Notes: a model not told the origin generated them from the sequence alone. A stretch of DNA of 45,248 bases from Gemmatimonadota bacterium (GCA_040905425.1 JBBDRO010000036.1:1-45248), one strand, 5' to 3'. Positions 18,110 through 28,221 are shown, numbered from the stretch's first letter. Numbers and translations: made by a program.

Positions 18110-19336
18110 TCACGGAATCCTCACGCCGCGCCGCCAGACACCCCCCAGCGGCGGCGCACCAAAGTGATAGGGGATCTCGCGATGATCCGGCACACTCCAG
18201 AGCAGGATGTCAGCGGGCGCTCCGCGGCGCAGGGTGCCGCGCCCGTCCTGGATGCGCAGCGCCCGGGCGCCGCCCGCGGTGGCCGCCACGATGGCTTCCA
18301 GGGGCTCGAGCCCCATCTGCGAACAGGCCATGGTGAGGACCAGGGGCATGCTCGGGGAGGGCGCCGACCCGGGATTGAAGTCCGTGGCCAGCGCGATCGT
18401 GGCACCCGCGTCCAGCAGACGGCGGGCGGGCGCGTAATCACGGTGGCCCAGGAAGAACAGGGTGGCGGGCAGCAGGGTGGCCACCGTCCCGGAGCCGGCC
18501 AGCGCCTGGATGCCCGCCCGGCTCACCTGACCCAGGTGGTCGGCGGAGGCGGCACCGAGCCGGACCGCGAGTGCGGCGCCTTCCGAGTTCTTGAGCTCGT
18601 CCGCGTGCAGCTTGGGGATGAGCCCGTGGCGCAGCGCCGCGGCGAGTACGCGGTGCGCCTGCGTGGCGGTGAACACCCCGGGCTCCATGAATACGTCGCA
18701 GAAGGTGGCCAGCTCCTCCGCCGCCACGGCCGGGATCATTTCGTGTTCTACAAGGGCCACGTAGTCGTCCCGGCGCTCCGCGAATTCCGGCGGAAACTCG
18801 TGCGCGCCCAGGAAGGTGGCCACCAGCTCCGGCAGGGCGCCCCGCGCGCCTTCCTGGCTCAGCGTCCGGATGACCCGGAGCTGCTTCAGTTCCGCGGCGG
18901 TCTCCAGCCCGTAGCCACTCTTCACCTCCACCGTGGTGCTGCCCAGGCGGAGCATGCCGCGCAGCCGAGCGCGCGTCAGCTCCACCAGCTCCTCCTCGCT
19001 GCGCGCGCGCACGTCGCGCACCGAGGCGTTGATGCCCCCGCCTTGTCGCGCGATCTCCATGTACGGGACGCCGCGCGCCCGGAGCGCGTATTCGGCCGCG
19101 CGCCAGCCGCCGAACACGGCGTGCGTGTGGGAATCCACGAAGCCCGGCGTGAGCACGCCGCCGCCGCAATCCACCTGCACCGAGCCGGCGAACCGTCCGC
19201 GCAGCGTCTCGTGGGGCCCTACCTCGGCAACACGGCCATCCACGACCGCCAGGGACGCGCCACGTAGAATCCCATCGGACCCGGCCGAGGTCCCCGTGAC
19301 CAGCTCGGCCACGTTGCGGAAGAGCAGGCCGCTCAC
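18110..19336 (-). CDS. hutI: Imidazolonepropionase
   Basis: PGFVDSHTH, EVKSGYGL, TFLGAH, KLHADEL, SADHL, ATDFNPGS; GTGA overlap with the hutH stop. Confidence 0.96.
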   Translation of the reverse strand: MSGLLFRNVAELVTGTSAGSDGILRGASLAVVDGRVAEVGPHETLRGRFAGSVQVDCGGGVLTPGFVDSHTHAVFGGWRAAEYALRARGVPYMEIARQGGGINASVRDVRARSEEELVELTRARLRGMLRLGSTTVEVKSGYGLETAAELKQLRVIRTLSQEGARGALPELVATFLGAHEFPPEFAERRDDYVALVEHEMIPAVAAEELATFCDVFMEPGVFTATQAHRVLAAALRHGLIPKLHADELKNSEGAALAVRLGAASADHLGQVSRAGIQALAGSGTVATLLPATLFFLGHRDYAPARRLLDAGATIALATDFNPGSAPSPSMPLVLTMACSQMGLEPLEAIVAATAGGARALRIQDGRGTLRRGAPADILLWSVPDHREIPYHFGAPPLGGVWRRGVRIP

Positions 19337-20868
19337 GACGCCCCCCCGTGCGAGCGCCACAGGTCGGCGAAGGCGCCGCCGCGCACCAGCGCCTCCACCG
19401 CGGCCACGTCCGGCGCCAGCACCCGATCGGCGTCCAGCGGCGCCACCACGCCCCGTACCCGTTCGTAGGCGGCGGCCACGCCCAGGCCCGGCGTGAGCGG
19501 CCGCAGAAACTCCAGAGCCTGCATGGCCGTGAGCAGTTCCAGCGCCAGCACCGTCTCCAGGAGCGCCACCGCGTCGCGCGCCTTGCGTGCCGCGCCCACG
19601 CCCATGCTGACGTGATCCTCCTTGTTGTTGTCCGTGGGGATGGAGTCCACGCTCATGGGATGCGCCCGCTGGCGCAGCTCGGCCACCAGGGACGCCGCCA
19701 CAATCTGCGCCATCATGAGTCCCGAGCGCACGCCCGCTTCCTCCACGAGGAAGGGCGGCAGGCCCGATAGCGCCGGGTCCACCAGCCGTGCGATGCGCCG
19801 CTCGCTGATGGCGCCCAGATCGGCGCACGCCAGCGCCAGCACGTCCAGCGCCTGCGCCACGGGCTGGCCATGGAAATTGCCCCCGGAGAGGATGAGCCCC
19901 TCGTCGGGAAAGAGGAGCGGATTGTCGGTGGCGCTGTTGGCCTCCACCTCCAGAACGCCCCGCACATACGCCAGCGCCTGACGCGCGGCGCCGTGCACCT
20001 GCGGCATGCAGCGCAGTGAGTAGGCGTCCTGCACGCGCGGATCGCCCCAGCGGTGCGATTCACGGATACGCGACTCGGCCAGCAACGCGCGCAGCCGCTC
20101 GGCGCTCTGCGCCTGCCCCCGGTGGGGGCGCGCCTGCTGGATGGCCGGATGGAAGGCATCGGGCGTACCGCGCAACGCCTCCAGGCTGGACGCACCCGCC
20201 ACCTCGGCGGTCTCCACCGCCCGTTCGGCCGCCAGCAGCGCCAGGATCCCGATGCCCGTCTGCACCTGCGTGCCGTTGTTCAGTGCCAGGCCCTCCTTGG
20301 CCTCGAGAACGAGCGGCTCCAGGTGGGCACGCGCCAGCGCATCGGCGCCCGACAGGCGTTCATCCCCCACGAACGCCTCCCCCTCGCCCAGGAGGACCAG
20401 CGCTAGATGGGAGAGCGGCGCCAGGTCGCCGGAGGCGCCCACGCTGCCGAGTTCGGGGATGACCGGATGGATGCCGTGATTGAGCAGATCGAGGAGCCGC
20501 TCCACCACCACCGGCCGCACGCCGGAATGGCCGAGGGCCAGCACGCTGGCCCGCAGCAGCGTGATGGCGCGCACCTCCGCCTGGCGCAGCGGCGGACCCA
20601 CGCCGCCGGCGTGACTGCGAATCAGATTGGCCTGCAATTCCAGCAGCCGGGCGGGCGGGATGGCCACTTCGGCGAGCGCCCCGAAACCGGTGGTGATGCC
20701 ATAGACGACCCGGCGCTCGGCCACCGCGCTCTCCACCATGGCGCGCGCTGCTTCGATGCGGGGCAGCGCCGCCGCGGCAAGGCGCACGTCGGGCGCCCCG
20801 GGTCGGGAAACCCGCTCCACGTCCTCGAGGCGCAGCGCGCCCGCACCGATCTGCAGGGTGTCAGCCAT
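19333..20868 (-). CDS. hutH: Histidine ammonia-lyase
   Basis: VYGITTGFG, GSVGASGDLAPL (MIO), KEGLALNNGT, QDAYSLRC, GGNFHG, EDHVSMG. Confidence 0.96.
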   Translation of the reverse strand: MADTLQIGAGALRLEDVERVSRPGAPDVRLAAAALPRIEAARAMVESAVAERRVVYGITTGFGALAEVAIPPARLLELQANLIRSHAGGVGPPLRQAEVRAITLLRASVLALGHSGVRPVVVERLLDLLNHGIHPVIPELGSVGASGDLAPLSHLALVLLGEGEAFVGDERLSGADALARAHLEPLVLEAKEGLALNNGTQVQTGIGILALLAAERAVETAEVAGASSLEALRGTPDAFHPAIQQARPHRGQAQSAERLRALLAESRIRESHRWGDPRVQDAYSLRCMPQVHGAARQALAYVRGVLEVEANSATDNPLLFPDEGLILSGGNFHGQPVAQALDVLALACADLGAISERRIARLVDPALSGLPPFLVEEAGVRSGLMMAQIVAASLVAELRQRAHPMSVDSIPTDNNKEDHVSMGVGAARKARDAVALLETVLALELLTAMQALEFLRPLTPGLGVAAAYERVRGVVAPLDADRVLAPDVAAVEALVRGGAFADLWRSHGGAS

Positions 20869-20875
20869 GGCGGGG

Positions 20876-20904
20876 ATCATAGGGGCGCGCCCCGGGCACT
20901 ACAA
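20876..20904 (-). promoter_or_regulatory. Putative leaderless sigma70 promoter of hutH-hutI
   Basis: TTGTAG-N17-TATGAT, 7 nt before ATG 20868; no SD. Confidence 0.55.
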
Positions 20905-20969
20905 GGCAACGCGGACGGGCTGGCGGCCCGCCGGGGTCCCCGGGGCGCGGGCCCGCGGCCGGCGCCGGG

Positions 20970-23900
20970 CTACCGGCGCGTGCCGGGGCGGGAGAGCTCC
21001 AGGTCCGAGCGCTGCTCGTAATCCACCTTGATGTCCGGGTTGGCGCGCAGCTGGACACGGAACTGGAAGCTGAAATTGCCGTTCTGGGCCTTCACGAAAT
21101 CAAAGTTGGCGTCCCAGTCGTGCATGTGCCGGGTGAAGGTAAGGAAATGATCGGCGAACGTGCCGTCGGTGAAGTCATAGCTGGTGCTCCAGTTCACGGA
21201 CCACAGCTCGGTCGGCTGGAAGTTCATGCGCGCGCGGAGTAGCGCACTTTCCTGGCCGGCCGTCCCCTCGCGCGGTCGATTGAGGGAAAAGTCCAGACTG
21301 GCGTCCCAGGCTCCGACCGCGCCGCCCGTGGCGGTGGCGGGGGTGCGACGTCGGGTGCCGATGAGCCCGAACTCCTGCTGCCCGTAGTCGGTGGGCGGTG
21401 CGGCCTCGGCCTCGTCGGGCATGTCCGTGGGTTCGGTGCCGGAGCTGGGAGCCTCGTCCGTACCGCCGGACAGACCCAGTGCGCGGAAGATCCATGAGTC
21501 CCCGTCCAGCCGGAAACCGGTGCTCACGCGCGAGAGATGGGGCGCGAATCTGCGCCCATCGCCCCCACCCTCCTCCTCCGCGAAGAGATCATGCGTCACG
21601 CGCAGTTGCAGCCCCCGCAGCAGATCCGACGAGAGGGTGTTAGACAGGTCCGCGGTGGTGATGGCGTGCTCGCCCTCGCCTGCCGCCACGAAGTCGTAGA
21701 CCACGGCGTCGGTGTTGATGGCCAGCAGGTTGACGGTCCGCGAGGCGGGCAGCTTGCGCGGCTCGCCCGGCGCCGCGCCGGTCGTCTCACCCACCGCCGC
21801 GCCGGCCGTCTCTCCCGCCGCCGCGCCCGCCGTCTCACCCACCGCCGCGCCGGCCGTCTCTCCCGCCGCCACCGAGTCCGCCGACTCAGCGCCCGCTGAA
21901 TCGCCCTCCTCCGGATGATACTTGCCTTCGAAGGTCTGGTTGAACCCGATGGAGATCGTGTTGCGCTCGCGCGTCTCCCGCGTGCCGAAGATCTGGCGCT
22001 GCCGCTCGGTCACGGTGGGCTGTGGCGCGTAGGTGTAGCTGACGGTCGGCGTCACCTTGTGGCGGAAGCGCTCGAACGGCCCCACGCCCGGCCAGAAGCC
22101 GAAGAAATCCGTGCGCAGGCCCGCGCCGAAATTCAGCGTGGTGGGCGCCGCCAGCGTCTCGCCGCGGGTGGTGTCCCCCTGCAGCGTGCCGCCGCGCAGC
22201 GTAAGCGACGGCGTGAGGGTGCTGGTGCCCACCAGCCGCTGGCTGTAGGAGAGGCTGGTGTTCCAGTCCAGCCCCCGCTCGTAGCGGCGGGGCAGATCCT
22301 CCAGGCTGTCCACGGCAAAGGCGCGCGGCTCATGCACCTGGTCCTCGAAGCTCACCTGCTGACGCCAGCTGAAGGACCCTAGCGAGAACCCGCTGGAGAG
22401 ATTGCCCGTGACGTCCCGCTGGTCCTGCTGCGTGAGGGACGTGGGCGCGTCCCCCGTGGTCCGGGTCCTGGCGCCGGCCTTGAACGAGCCGTTCCAGGTA
22501 GCGTTGCCCAGCAGGCCCTGCGCCTGCGGAAAGAGCTCCATGGACGAGACGCTCACGCTGAGATCAGGCAGCGTCATGACCACCCTGCCGTCCGCCAGAT
22601 ACTGCTGCCGGCTGGCACTCAGGCTGCCGTTCCCCCAGTCGAAGCGCCGCCGCACGCCGGCGTTGGAGGCAATGCTCCGACTCAGCTCCCGCGGGTCGTA
22701 GCTGCGGTTGCGGATGAAGTCCACGGAGCTGGTGTAGGTGCCGTCCACGTTCAGGTTCGTGCGCTCGTCGGGACGCCAACTGTGGTTGGTGCGCAGCGTC
22801 ATGTCCCGCCCCCCCTCCACCTTCCAGTAGCGCGACAGCGCGAGCGCTCCCGAGAGAAACTGCCGGTTGAACTTGTAGTCGAAGAAGCCGTTCAGCGCCG
22901 TGTGGTCGTTGCTGACCAGGTCCATGCTCATCTCGAGGCCGAAATGATCACTCACGGCCCAGTAGAAGCCCACGTCCTCGATCTTGCGGTTGTAGCGCGT
23001 GCTCTGGCGGGCAATGTCGTTGACGCCGAAGCGCGGCATGAGGATGCCGCTGCGCCGCTCGGTGCCGAGCCCCTGGACCATGAACGGCAGCCAGAAGACC
23101 GGCACATCCTGGAAGTTCAGCGTGACGTCCCGCGCCACGAGCCACTCGCCGGCCACCACCTTAAACTTCTTTGCCGAAAAGTGGTAATGGACGCCCTCGT
23201 GCCAGGGGATGTTGCAATCAGTGAAGATGGCGTTCTGGCCGTAGACCGAGTCACCCACCAGGTAGCCACGCGGCAGACGCGTACGCCACGTGGCGCCCTC
23301 GTTCAGCTCCGTCTCCGCGTTGTAGGCCACGACGCGGCCGCCTTCCACCAGATAGCAGAGCGAATCGGCCACGATCGGCGTGAGCCCGGGGCCCGAGCCC
23401 GTGGGCCGGCCGCGGGCGCACATGACGCCCTCCGCCTCCAGGTAGGTGATCGTGGAATCGGCCCGCAGGCGATTGCCCAGGCGCAGCACCTCCGGCTCCA
23501 GCCGCAGGTCCAGACGGCCGCTGGCCGCGTCGTAGCTCGCCTCCCGCGCGCTGTACTCCGTGGCCACGTAGCCGCCGAGCCGCAGCAGCGCCCGGGCAAT
23601 GCTGTCGCGGGGCACCAGGCCCTCCCCCACCTCACCACGCTCACCCATCCCCTCGATGTCCACCCGGATGTCGGGCAGCTGGAGCGAGTCCACCCGCAGG
23701 GAGTCGGGGCCGAGCGAGTCCGCGGCCGGCAGTGCGTCCCGCCCCACGGCGCCCAGGCCGAGCAGGCGCGCACGCGCCCGCTCCAGCGGCGTCATGCTCA
23801 CCGTGTCCTGCGCCTGCGAGGGCGGCCCTCCGGCCGGGGGGCGCTGACCCTCGACGTCACCTGGCCATGCGACGAGGACGCTGCCCGCCACGAGCGCCGT

Positions 23901-24008
23901 CAACGCGCGCGGCAAACGCCCCGTCCCGTGTGGCCGGGCTCGGCGCCGGGCCACCTCCGCCCCCGATGCGCCTCGCGTGCTCCGGTGCGCGTCCAGGATG
24001 CGCGTCAC
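20970..24008 (-). CDS. lptD: Putative LPS-assembly outer-membrane protein LptD
   Basis: Beta-taco-like N-terminus, FTDC...HYHF, VPVFWLPF, RRSGILMPRFG, beta-barrel with aromatic C-terminal strands; GTGA overlap with tatC. Start uncertain. Confidence 0.8.
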   Translation of the reverse strand: MTRILDAHRSTRGASGAEVARRRARPHGTGRLPRALTALVAGSVLVAWPGDVEGQRPPAGGPPSQAQDTVSMTPLERARARLLGLGAVGRDALPAADSLGPDSLRVDSLQLPDIRVDIEGMGERGEVGEGLVPRDSIARALLRLGGYVATEYSAREASYDAASGRLDLRLEPEVLRLGNRLRADSTITYLEAEGVMCARGRPTGSGPGLTPIVADSLCYLVEGGRVVAYNAETELNEGATWRTRLPRGYLVGDSVYGQNAIFTDCNIPWHEGVHYHFSAKKFKVVAGEWLVARDVTLNFQDVPVFWLPFMVQGLGTERRSGILMPRFGVNDIARQSTRYNRKIEDVGFYWAVSDHFGLEMSMDLVSNDHTALNGFFDYKFNRQFLSGALALSRYWKVEGGRDMTLRTNHSWRPDERTNLNVDGTYTSSVDFIRNRSYDPRELSRSIASNAGVRRRFDWGNGSLSASRQQYLADGRVVMTLPDLSVSVSSMELFPQAQGLLGNATWNGSFKAGARTRTTGDAPTSLTQQDQRDVTGNLSSGFSLGSFSWRQQVSFEDQVHEPRAFAVDSLEDLPRRYERGLDWNTSLSYSQRLVGTSTLTPSLTLRGGTLQGDTTRGETLAAPTTLNFGAGLRTDFFGFWPGVGPFERFRHKVTPTVSYTYAPQPTVTERQRQIFGTRETRERNTISIGFNQTFEGKYHPEEGDSAGAESADSVAAGETAGAAVGETAGAAAGETAGAAVGETTGAAPGEPRKLPASRTVNLLAINTDAVVYDFVAAGEGEHAITTADLSNTLSSDLLRGLQLRVTHDLFAEEEGGGDGRRFAPHLSRVSTGFRLDGDSWIFRALGLSGGTDEAPSSGTEPTDMPDEAEAAPPTDYGQQEFGLIGTRRRTPATATGGAVGAWDASLDFSLNRPREGTAGQESALLRARMNFQPTELWSVNWSTSYDFTDGTFADHFLTFTRHMHDWDANFDFVKAQNGNFSFQFRVQLRANPDIKVDYEQRSDLELSRPGTRR
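21769..21870 (-). repeat. 24-bp coding tandem repeat, about 4 units (GETAGAAV/A) in an LptD loop
   Basis: GETAGAAV GETAGAAA GETAGAAV GETTGAAP. Confidence 0.85.
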
Positions 24009-24817
24009 ACCGTCTCCGTGGAGGGCTCGGCGGCCAGCGCGCGGGCACGCCGGCGCTCCATGATGCGCGCGAGTACGATGCTCAGCTCGTAGAGCCCGAG
24101 CAGCGGAACCATGAGCAGGACCGTGGCCGTCCACACGTCGCCCGGCGTCAGCATGGCCGCCGCCACGGCCATCACGGCAATGGCGTAGCGCCGCTTCTCG
24201 GCCAGCCATCCTCCGGTCACGAGTCCCATCGAGGAGAGGATGAGGATCACCACCGGCAGCTCGAAGGCAATGCCGAACGCCATGAGGAGCTTCACCACGA
24301 AGCTGATGTAGAGCTGCGCCGTGATCATCTGTGCCAGGGCGTCCACCTGGATGGTGGCCAGGAAGAAATGCAGCGTCATGGGCAGGGCATACATGTACGC
24401 CAGTGCCACGCCACCACTGAAGAGCACCACGCCCAGGTAGAGGGAGGGCACGATGGCGCGCTTCTCGGACTTCGTGAGCGCCGGTGCCACGAAGCTCCAG
24501 ATCTGGTAGATGATGACCGGGGCCGCCAGAATGGCGCCGACGGCCAGGCCCAGGTTGAGCGTGATGAAGAACGGGTCCGTGACGCTCAGGTAGAAGAGCT
24601 TGCCGTCGGGCAGATACGGGGCAATCGGAATGATGAGATACTGCAACAGCTGGAAGTGCCACACCAGCCAGATGCCCAGACCGGCACCCACGGCCAGCGC
24701 GAGCAGGCTCCAGAGCACACGCCAGCGCAGCTCCTCCAGATGGTCCAGGAAGGGCATTTCGGCGGCGTCACCACCACCCAGGATCTTGTGGACACGGGTG
24801 CGGAACAGTGACTTCAT
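24005..24817 (-). CDS. tatC: Twin-arginine translocase TatC
   Basis: MPFLDHLEELRWR, YQIWSFVAPAL, AFGIAFELPV, LTPGD, LYELSI. Confidence 0.96.
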   Translation of the reverse strand: MKSLFRTRVHKILGGGDAAEMPFLDHLEELRWRVLWSLLALAVGAGLGIWLVWHFQLLQYLIIPIAPYLPDGKLFYLSVTDPFFITLNLGLAVGAILAAPVIIYQIWSFVAPALTKSEKRAIVPSLYLGVVLFSGGVALAYMYALPMTLHFFLATIQVDALAQMITAQLYISFVVKLLMAFGIAFELPVVILILSSMGLVTGGWLAEKRRYAIAVMAVAAAMLTPGDVWTATVLLMVPLLGLYELSIVLARIMERRRARALAAEPSTETV

Positions 24818-25329
24818 TCCGTTTCTGCTTCCGGCAGCTGCAACTCCACCTGGCCCCGCGCCTGCGCGGCGCGGAGCCGCCGCGCGTCCAGGTCGCGCAA
24901 CTCATCGTAGAACTCTTCCAGGTCCTGAAAGTTCCGGTACACGGAGGCAAAGCGCACGTACGCCACGTTGTCCCGGTCCTTGAGCACATCCATGAGCTGC
25001 TCGCCGATCAGCCGGCTCGGCACGGCGTCGCCGGGATGACCCGAGAGGGCATCCTCGACCGCGTCGGCCATGGCCTCCATGTCGGCCGCGGTGACGGGAC
25101 GCTTGGCGCAGGAAAGCTGGATGGAGCGGAGCACCTTGTTGCGGTCGTACGGCTCCGTCGAGCCGTCCGTCTTGGCCACCTGCAGGCGGCGCTCCTCGAT
25201 GAACTCGTAGGTGGTGAAGCGCTTGCCGCAGGCCAGGCACTCACGCCGACGGCGCACCGCCCGCCCTTCCTGGGCGGTGCGGGAGTCCACGACGCGGTCT
25301 TCGAGGTCGTTGCAGAAGGGACAGCGCAT
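24814..25329 (-). CDS. nrdR: Transcriptional repressor NrdR
   Basis: MRCPFC...VVDSR...RRRRECLACGKRFTTYE, ATP cone, VAYVRFASVY. Confidence 0.97.
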   Translation of the reverse strand: MRCPFCNDLEDRVVDSRTAQEGRAVRRRRECLACGKRFTTYEFIEERRLQVAKTDGSTEPYDRNKVLRSIQLSCAKRPVTAADMEAMADAVEDALSGHPGDAVPSRLIGEQLMDVLKDRDNVAYVRFASVYRNFQDLEEFYDELRDLDARRLRAAQARGQVELQLPEAETE

Positions 25330-25335
25330 GGGGGA

Positions 25336-26163
25336 TTACCCCCCGATCGTCCGGAGGCCCTCCTCCGCAAGGCGCGCCGGGTCGGTCTCCGGATGCTCCC
25401 GCACCAGGCGCTGCCAGTAGTCCCGGGCGCGCCGCCGCTCACCGTCCTCGAGCGCCACGAAGCCGGCGCGATAGAGGGCCTCGGGCACCACCTCGGCATC
25501 CGGCCAGCGCTCCCACACCTCCTCGAAGGCGTCGTAGGCGTCGTCCTCCAGCCGGCCCTGGCGCACGTAGGTCTCGGCCACCTGGAGCTGGGCACGCGGC
25601 GCCCATGGATCCTCCGGGAAGCCGGAGACCACCTCGCGGAAGGCCGTACGGGCCGTGGCGTATTCCTCGTTGGCCAGGAAATCCACGCCCATGTCGTAAT
25701 ACTCCCGCGCCTCACGGCTGCCGCCCGTGGGGGGCGGCGTGCTCATCGGCTGCCCGCCCCTGAGCGCACCCTGCCGGGCCAGCGCTTCCATGCGCTCGAT
25801 GAGGTCATCCAGCCGGGAAAACTCCTGGAGCAGGCCCTGCAGGCGCTGCTGCGTGTCATCCACCAGGTTGCCGAGCTGCTGGATGTCCCGGCCCAGCGCG
25901 CGCGCCTGATTGGCGGTCTGCCCCTGCATGTTGCGCTGCAGCTCCAGGGTGAGCTCCACGGAATCCAGGAGCATGGCCAGGCGCCTCTCGAGCGTCCGGA
26001 AGGCCTCCTCCTGGCGCTCCTCCAGGCCGCTCATCTCCATCTGGAGATTGCGCATGTCCCCCTTCGTGGCGCAGGCCGGAAGCGCCAGCAGGGCGCCCCC
26101 GGCCAGGGCCAGGAGGAGCCGGGCGGGAGCCCGGCGGACGGACCGCGTGCCGAGCGGACTCAC
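25336..26163 (-). CDS. cpoB: Tol-Pal system protein CpoB/YbgF (lipoprotein)
   Basis: Lipobox LPAC, coiled coil, C-terminal TPRs; directly follows pal with GTGA overlap. Confidence 0.8.
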   Translation of the reverse strand: MSPLGTRSVRRAPARLLLALAGGALLALPACATKGDMRNLQMEMSGLEERQEEAFRTLERRLAMLLDSVELTLELQRNMQGQTANQARALGRDIQQLGNLVDDTQQRLQGLLQEFSRLDDLIERMEALARQGALRGGQPMSTPPPTGGSREAREYYDMGVDFLANEEYATARTAFREVVSGFPEDPWAPRAQLQVAETYVRQGRLEDDAYDAFEEVWERWPDAEVVPEALYRAGFVALEDGERRRARDYWQRLVREHPETDPARLAEEGLRTIGG

Positions 26164-26738
26164 GAGCCGGGTGCCACCAGCATCTGGGGACCCGCCGTCA
26201 CGGTGAACTCGTCGCGCCGGTTGCGGGCCCACGCGGACTCGTTGCTGCCGGGATCGAGCGGCCGCTCCTCACCGAAGCTGGTCACCTCGATGCGGCTGCC
26301 GTCGATGCCGAAGCCGGTGATGTACTCCTTGGCGGTCAGCGCGCGACGCAGGCCCAGCGCCACGTTGTACTCCAGCGAACCCCGCTCGTCGGCGTGGCCC
26401 GCGATCTGGATGCGCGCCGTGGGGTTGGCGCGCAGCACCTGCACCTTGGCGGCCAGCGTACGCTCCGCCTCCGCCGAGAGCGCGGACTCGTCGTAGCCGA
26501 AGAAGATCATCTCGCTCAGCGTCGCGCGGGCCCTGCGATCCTCTTCCATCTCGAGGCGACGCGCTTCCGCCTCACGGGCCCGACGCTCGGCGGCGGTGTC
26601 CGGCCCCGTGTTGGCCGTGGGCTGCGGCGCGGTCGTTTCCACCGGCGCGGGCTCCGGCGGCGGTTCGTTCTTGGAGCACGCCGTCAGCACGACAGAGCTC
26701 AGGACCAGGGTCACCACGACGCGTGGAAGCATCTTCAC
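26160..26738 (-). CDS. pal: Peptidoglycan-associated lipoprotein Pal (possible start at 26732)
   Basis: Lipobox LTAC, IFFGYD, GHADERGSLEYNVALGLRRA, SFGEERP, NRR. Confidence 0.95.
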   Translation of the reverse strand: MKMLPRVVVTLVLSSVVLTACSKNEPPPEPAPVETTAPQPTANTGPDTAAERRAREAEARRLEMEEDRRARATLSEMIFFGYDESALSAEAERTLAAKVQVLRANPTARIQIAGHADERGSLEYNVALGLRRALTAKEYITGFGIDGSRIEVTSFGEERPLDPGSNESAWARNRRDEFTVTAGPQMLVAPGS

Positions 26739-26778
26739 TTCTCCAGGGTGGAATGGGACGTTGATGGATGCATGCCGT

Positions 26779-28137
26779 TCAGCGCGCGCCCTCCAGCGGC
26801 GGTCCCAGCCGGCTGAGCGACGGGGACCACGCGGGAAGACGGAGTTCGCCGCCGCTCACCAGCAGCCTGCGCTTGAGCGTTACGGTGTCGATAACATACA
26901 GCCCCGAGCCGCCGGGCGCACTCCCCGTATACACGATGTGGCGGCCGTCGGGCGCCCACGCGGGGTCCTCATTGGTGCCACCCTGGGTGAGTTGCTTGGC
27001 CTGCCCGGCAAGGCGGTCGGGATCGGTGATCACCACCTGTTCGGCCCCACCGAAGCCGCCCGTGAAGGTCAGCTGCCCGGTATGGGACCAGTCCGGCGCC
27101 GCGAACTGCGCGCCCTGCCCGCGCGCGTACGGGGAAACGCGGGCGCCGACGGCACCGTTCGCGTCCATCAGGAAGACGTGGGCATTGCCCAGCCGGCTCG
27201 ACACGATGGCAAAGCGGCGCCCGTCGGGGGAATACATGGCGGCCGTCACGTTCTCAGTTCCGCGGCCCTCGTAGAGCACGCGGCTCCGGCCGGACGCCAG
27301 GTCCATTTCCATCAGGCGTGAGCCACCCTCGTCGAACACGGCGTAGCTCAAACTCCGCCCATCGGGAGAATAGTCGGGGGCATAGAGCGTCGAACCGCGC
27401 TCCAGCACGCGGCTGCGCCCGCTCTCCAGCTCCCGCTCCACGAGCTCCCAGCCCTGCATCTCCGGGGTGGCCACGTACGCTAGCTTGCGCCCGTCGGGCG
27501 AGAAGGCGGAGCCATAAATGATGCCCCCCTCGCCGAAGATGCGGCGCTGATCCTCCCCGTCGGAGTCAATCATAATGAGGTCGTAGCTGCCCGCCGCGTT
27601 CTTGCGCACGAAGGCAATACGGGTGGCTGCCATCCCCGGCTCACCGGTGATCATGCGCACGATGTCATCGGAGACGGCGTGCACGGCCATGCGGAAACCG
27701 CGGTCATTCTGCGGCGGCAGCTCGTAGGCCGCGCTCTCCAGCAGCGTCTTGTAGACCACGTCGTGGACGCTCACCTCCAGCCGGTAGCCGTTCGCGATCG
27801 GCTCCAGGCGGCCGTCCACCAGGTAGACCGCCCGCAGGTCGTTCCAGTCCTCGTAGACAATGTCTCCCTCCGCCAGGCGGGCGGGGGTGGGGATGAGGGC
27901 GAACCGATCGCTGTACGTCAGGTCCCGCTCGATGATGCCCCGAATGTCACCGGCCTCGACCGCGCTGCGCATGCCGCTCGCGACCGGCCGCACGGCCAGG
28001 ATGGGGCGCGGCGTCACGTCGTACCCCGTGCTCAACTCCACGCCGGCGGGGATGGTGTCCCGCTGCGCCGCCACGGGGGCGGCGGCGGCCAGGGTGCCGA
28101 TGAGCACGAGTGCGGTCTGGAGTGCACGCTGTTTCAT
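26779..28137 (-). CDS. tolB: Tol-Pal beta-propeller protein TolB
   Basis: Signal peptide, TolB_N-like region, TRIAFV, repeated SPDG PD40 blades. Confidence 0.92.
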   Translation of the reverse strand: MKQRALQTALVLIGTLAAAAPVAAQRDTIPAGVELSTGYDVTPRPILAVRPVASGMRSAVEAGDIRGIIERDLTYSDRFALIPTPARLAEGDIVYEDWNDLRAVYLVDGRLEPIANGYRLEVSVHDVVYKTLLESAAYELPPQNDRGFRMAVHAVSDDIVRMITGEPGMAATRIAFVRKNAAGSYDLIMIDSDGEDQRRIFGEGGIIYGSAFSPDGRKLAYVATPEMQGWELVERELESGRSRVLERGSTLYAPDYSPDGRSLSYAVFDEGGSRLMEMDLASGRSRVLYEGRGTENVTAAMYSPDGRRFAIVSSRLGNAHVFLMDANGAVGARVSPYARGQGAQFAAPDWSHTGQLTFTGGFGGAEQVVITDPDRLAGQAKQLTQGGTNEDPAWAPDGRHIVYTGSAPGGSGLYVIDTVTLKRRLLVSGGELRLPAWSPSLSRLGPPLEGAR

Positions 28138-28221
28138 GGACTCACTCTATGGGATGCTGCGCGCCGCTTAACGGTCGCGCTCCTTCTACACATGGACACG
28201 GGCGGGTGGTTCCGCCGGGGC

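Noticed and set aside
26735..26773. 12-aa mini-ORF (MHPSTSHSTLEK) between tolB and pal
   Set aside because: No SD or stop/start overlap at its ATG, and pal has its own GGAG SD; likely chance.
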